A model generated the notes under the pieces. That model saw only the letters and a list, made by a program, of their open reading frames with translations, was not told where the DNA came from and made no database searches. The position numbers and the translations under genes were made by a program. Below are positions 62,384 to 64,000 of a DNA stretch of 64,000 nt, piece after piece. How positions within the stretch are numbered: the first letter of the stretch is position 1; the number at the start of each line of letters is the position of its first letter. The DNA is taken from positions 330,088,001 through 330,152,000 of the forward strand of contig OZ024741.1 of NCBI GenBank assembly GCA_964016885.1. The letters run 5' to 3'. Source of the stretch: Eledone cirrhosa. Its lineage: Eukaryota.

Positions 62384-63189
62384 ACACACACACACACGAA
62401 CACAAATTATATATACACACACACACATATATATGCATTATGTCTGAATAAAAAAATAAATGACTATGATTGGAACATATTTTCTTGTTAATTGAAACAC
62501 AAATAAATGATTTAAAACATGCTAATGAAAGCTTTCAATATTTTTTAGTAAATTAATTATTAATTAGCTATTTATAAATTAAATCTTCTAGATGTCTTTT
62601 CCGTGTGTTTATTATAACAAAATCCTAAGTATTAATTATTATTCAAGAGCTGAAAATCAAGTTACACCAAACACTAGTCATTTAGGTCAACATATTAGAA
62701 ACAACAGGTTAGTAAAATTTGTACATGTGCCAACTTACCTTCAATTAAGAAAATGTGTTAGTTTTTCTAAATAATTTTTTTCATATATAATATTTCTCTT
62801 AACCCTTTCATTGTCATATTTCCAATGAAATGTATTGCCTAAGATTTACAAATAATTTTGAAAATAATAAAAAAATTTGGAGAGATTTAGAAATATAACT
62901 AACTTTTTCATTATTAGCTGGTTTAGAAAATAACTCTTTTGTTACCATATTTTCAATGAAAGGCATTGCCTAAGATTTTCAAATAATTTTGAAAATAATT
63001 AAAAAAATGTGGAGAGATTTAGTAATATTAACTTTCTCATTATTATATTGGTGTTATTGAAATTCCGTCGAGATCAACTTTGTCTTTCATCTGCTCAGGG
63101 TCCATAAAACTAAGTACTAGTAAAGTGCTGGAGTCAATTTAATCGAGCTGGCCTTGTGCCTATTTTAGAAACAATCATTAAGGTGATGT

Positions 63190-63930
63190 TTGGAATATCA
63201 ACATCATTTTGGCATGCTGGTTGCATGAATCGCCATGACACTCTTTCTCCATCTGACATTGTCATTCAGTGTTCGTAGCAGGTCCTCAGGATTGCACTCA
63301 GTATCCTCACAGTTGTTTGATGTAGGTTCTGTGAGGTCTGTCTATGTTTGGATGTTCATGCCATGATGTCCACAGCAGCACATCATTGACAATTTCATTC
63401 TTTGATCTCTAACAAAGTCCTGAGAATCTGGTTCACCTCTCTCAGATGGCATGTCAGATTGCAGGTAGATGGCTGGGCTGTAGAGTTGCTTTTTTGTAGG
63501 GTACTTCTTGCAGGCTATGTTTAACTATTTAGCATTTACATTACTCTATATATACTATTGTATTTTCACAGTAAAGACTTTATCTTACATAATTATCTCA
63601 CATAATATCGAATCTATGAGATTTTGATACTACTTATGTTGAGAATACCTTAATATTAGTATGAGTGGCCGGTTACAGCTGGTTTGAACAGAAAGAGGTG
63701 AGAGAATTCTGACCAGATACAGCCGGTTTAAATGCTAAAGGGTGAAAGCTGCTCTGACCATTCTTGTGTATGTTCCATCTAGTTTCTTCTCGAGTCCCTT
63801 AGTGAGTATCCACATAGAACACCCATACAGCAGGACAGACTCCACTGTTGCTTGGAAGAATTCACAATCAACTTCTCTGGCTTCCCTCTCTAAACTGTGT
63901 AACTGTGATTCATGTACTGTAGCCAATATA
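63190..63930 (-). mobile_element. Decayed RTE/RTE-X-like LINE C-terminal fragment, interrupted by a short inverted-repeat element
   Basis: FFQATVESVLLYGCSMWILTKGLEKKLDGTYTRMVRAAF, then NEIVNDVLLW and RPHRTYIKQL; insert at about 63520-63740 bounded by TTTAGCATTTA / TAAATGCTAAA. Confidence 0.7.
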
Positions 63931-64000
63931 ATTATATTATGCTTGAAACATTAAAGTTACTTATATGACAACAACAAAAATAATAGAAGAGTCAACCAGA

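Noticed and set aside
62700-64000. CACUL1 first coding exon
   Set aside because: A donor-like site exists near 62738, but no convincing coding frame precedes it; the exon probably lies beyond the window.

Overview
AT-rich, repeat-dense animal genomic DNA. The repeat landscape suggests a mollusc, probably a coleoid cephalopod such as Octopus; this is inference only. I reconstructed three spliced genes by hand from GT-AG junctions with consistent phases. COMMD4 is on + (9 coding exons, 4633-19076, 201 aa). ACADSB, the short/branched-chain acyl-CoA dehydrogenase, is on - (11 exons, 43448-22299, 451 aa) and converges on COMMD4. CACUL1 is on - (8 exons, 61768-47768), with its first exon probably outside the window. 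The introns hold four related RTE-clade LINEs, three with an intact PHD-type zinc finger after the RT core, and one copy is nearly full length. They also hold a decayed Penelope (GIY-YIG) element split by one RTE, a CR1-type LINE, other RTE-group fragments, a mariner relic, MITEs, tRNA-derived SINEs and minisatellites. A Tx1/L1 fragment and a possible solo LTR lie upstream of COMMD4. The most notable observations are: (1) repeated tandem duplication of host splice sites, either silenced or left as potential poison-exon switches; (2) modular exchange of 3' ends between LINE and SINE families; (3) the PHD finger inside the RTE protein; (4) minimal hammerhead-ribozyme relics; and (5) long intronic or promoter hairpins. 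No prokaryotic features were seen. All alignments were done by eye.
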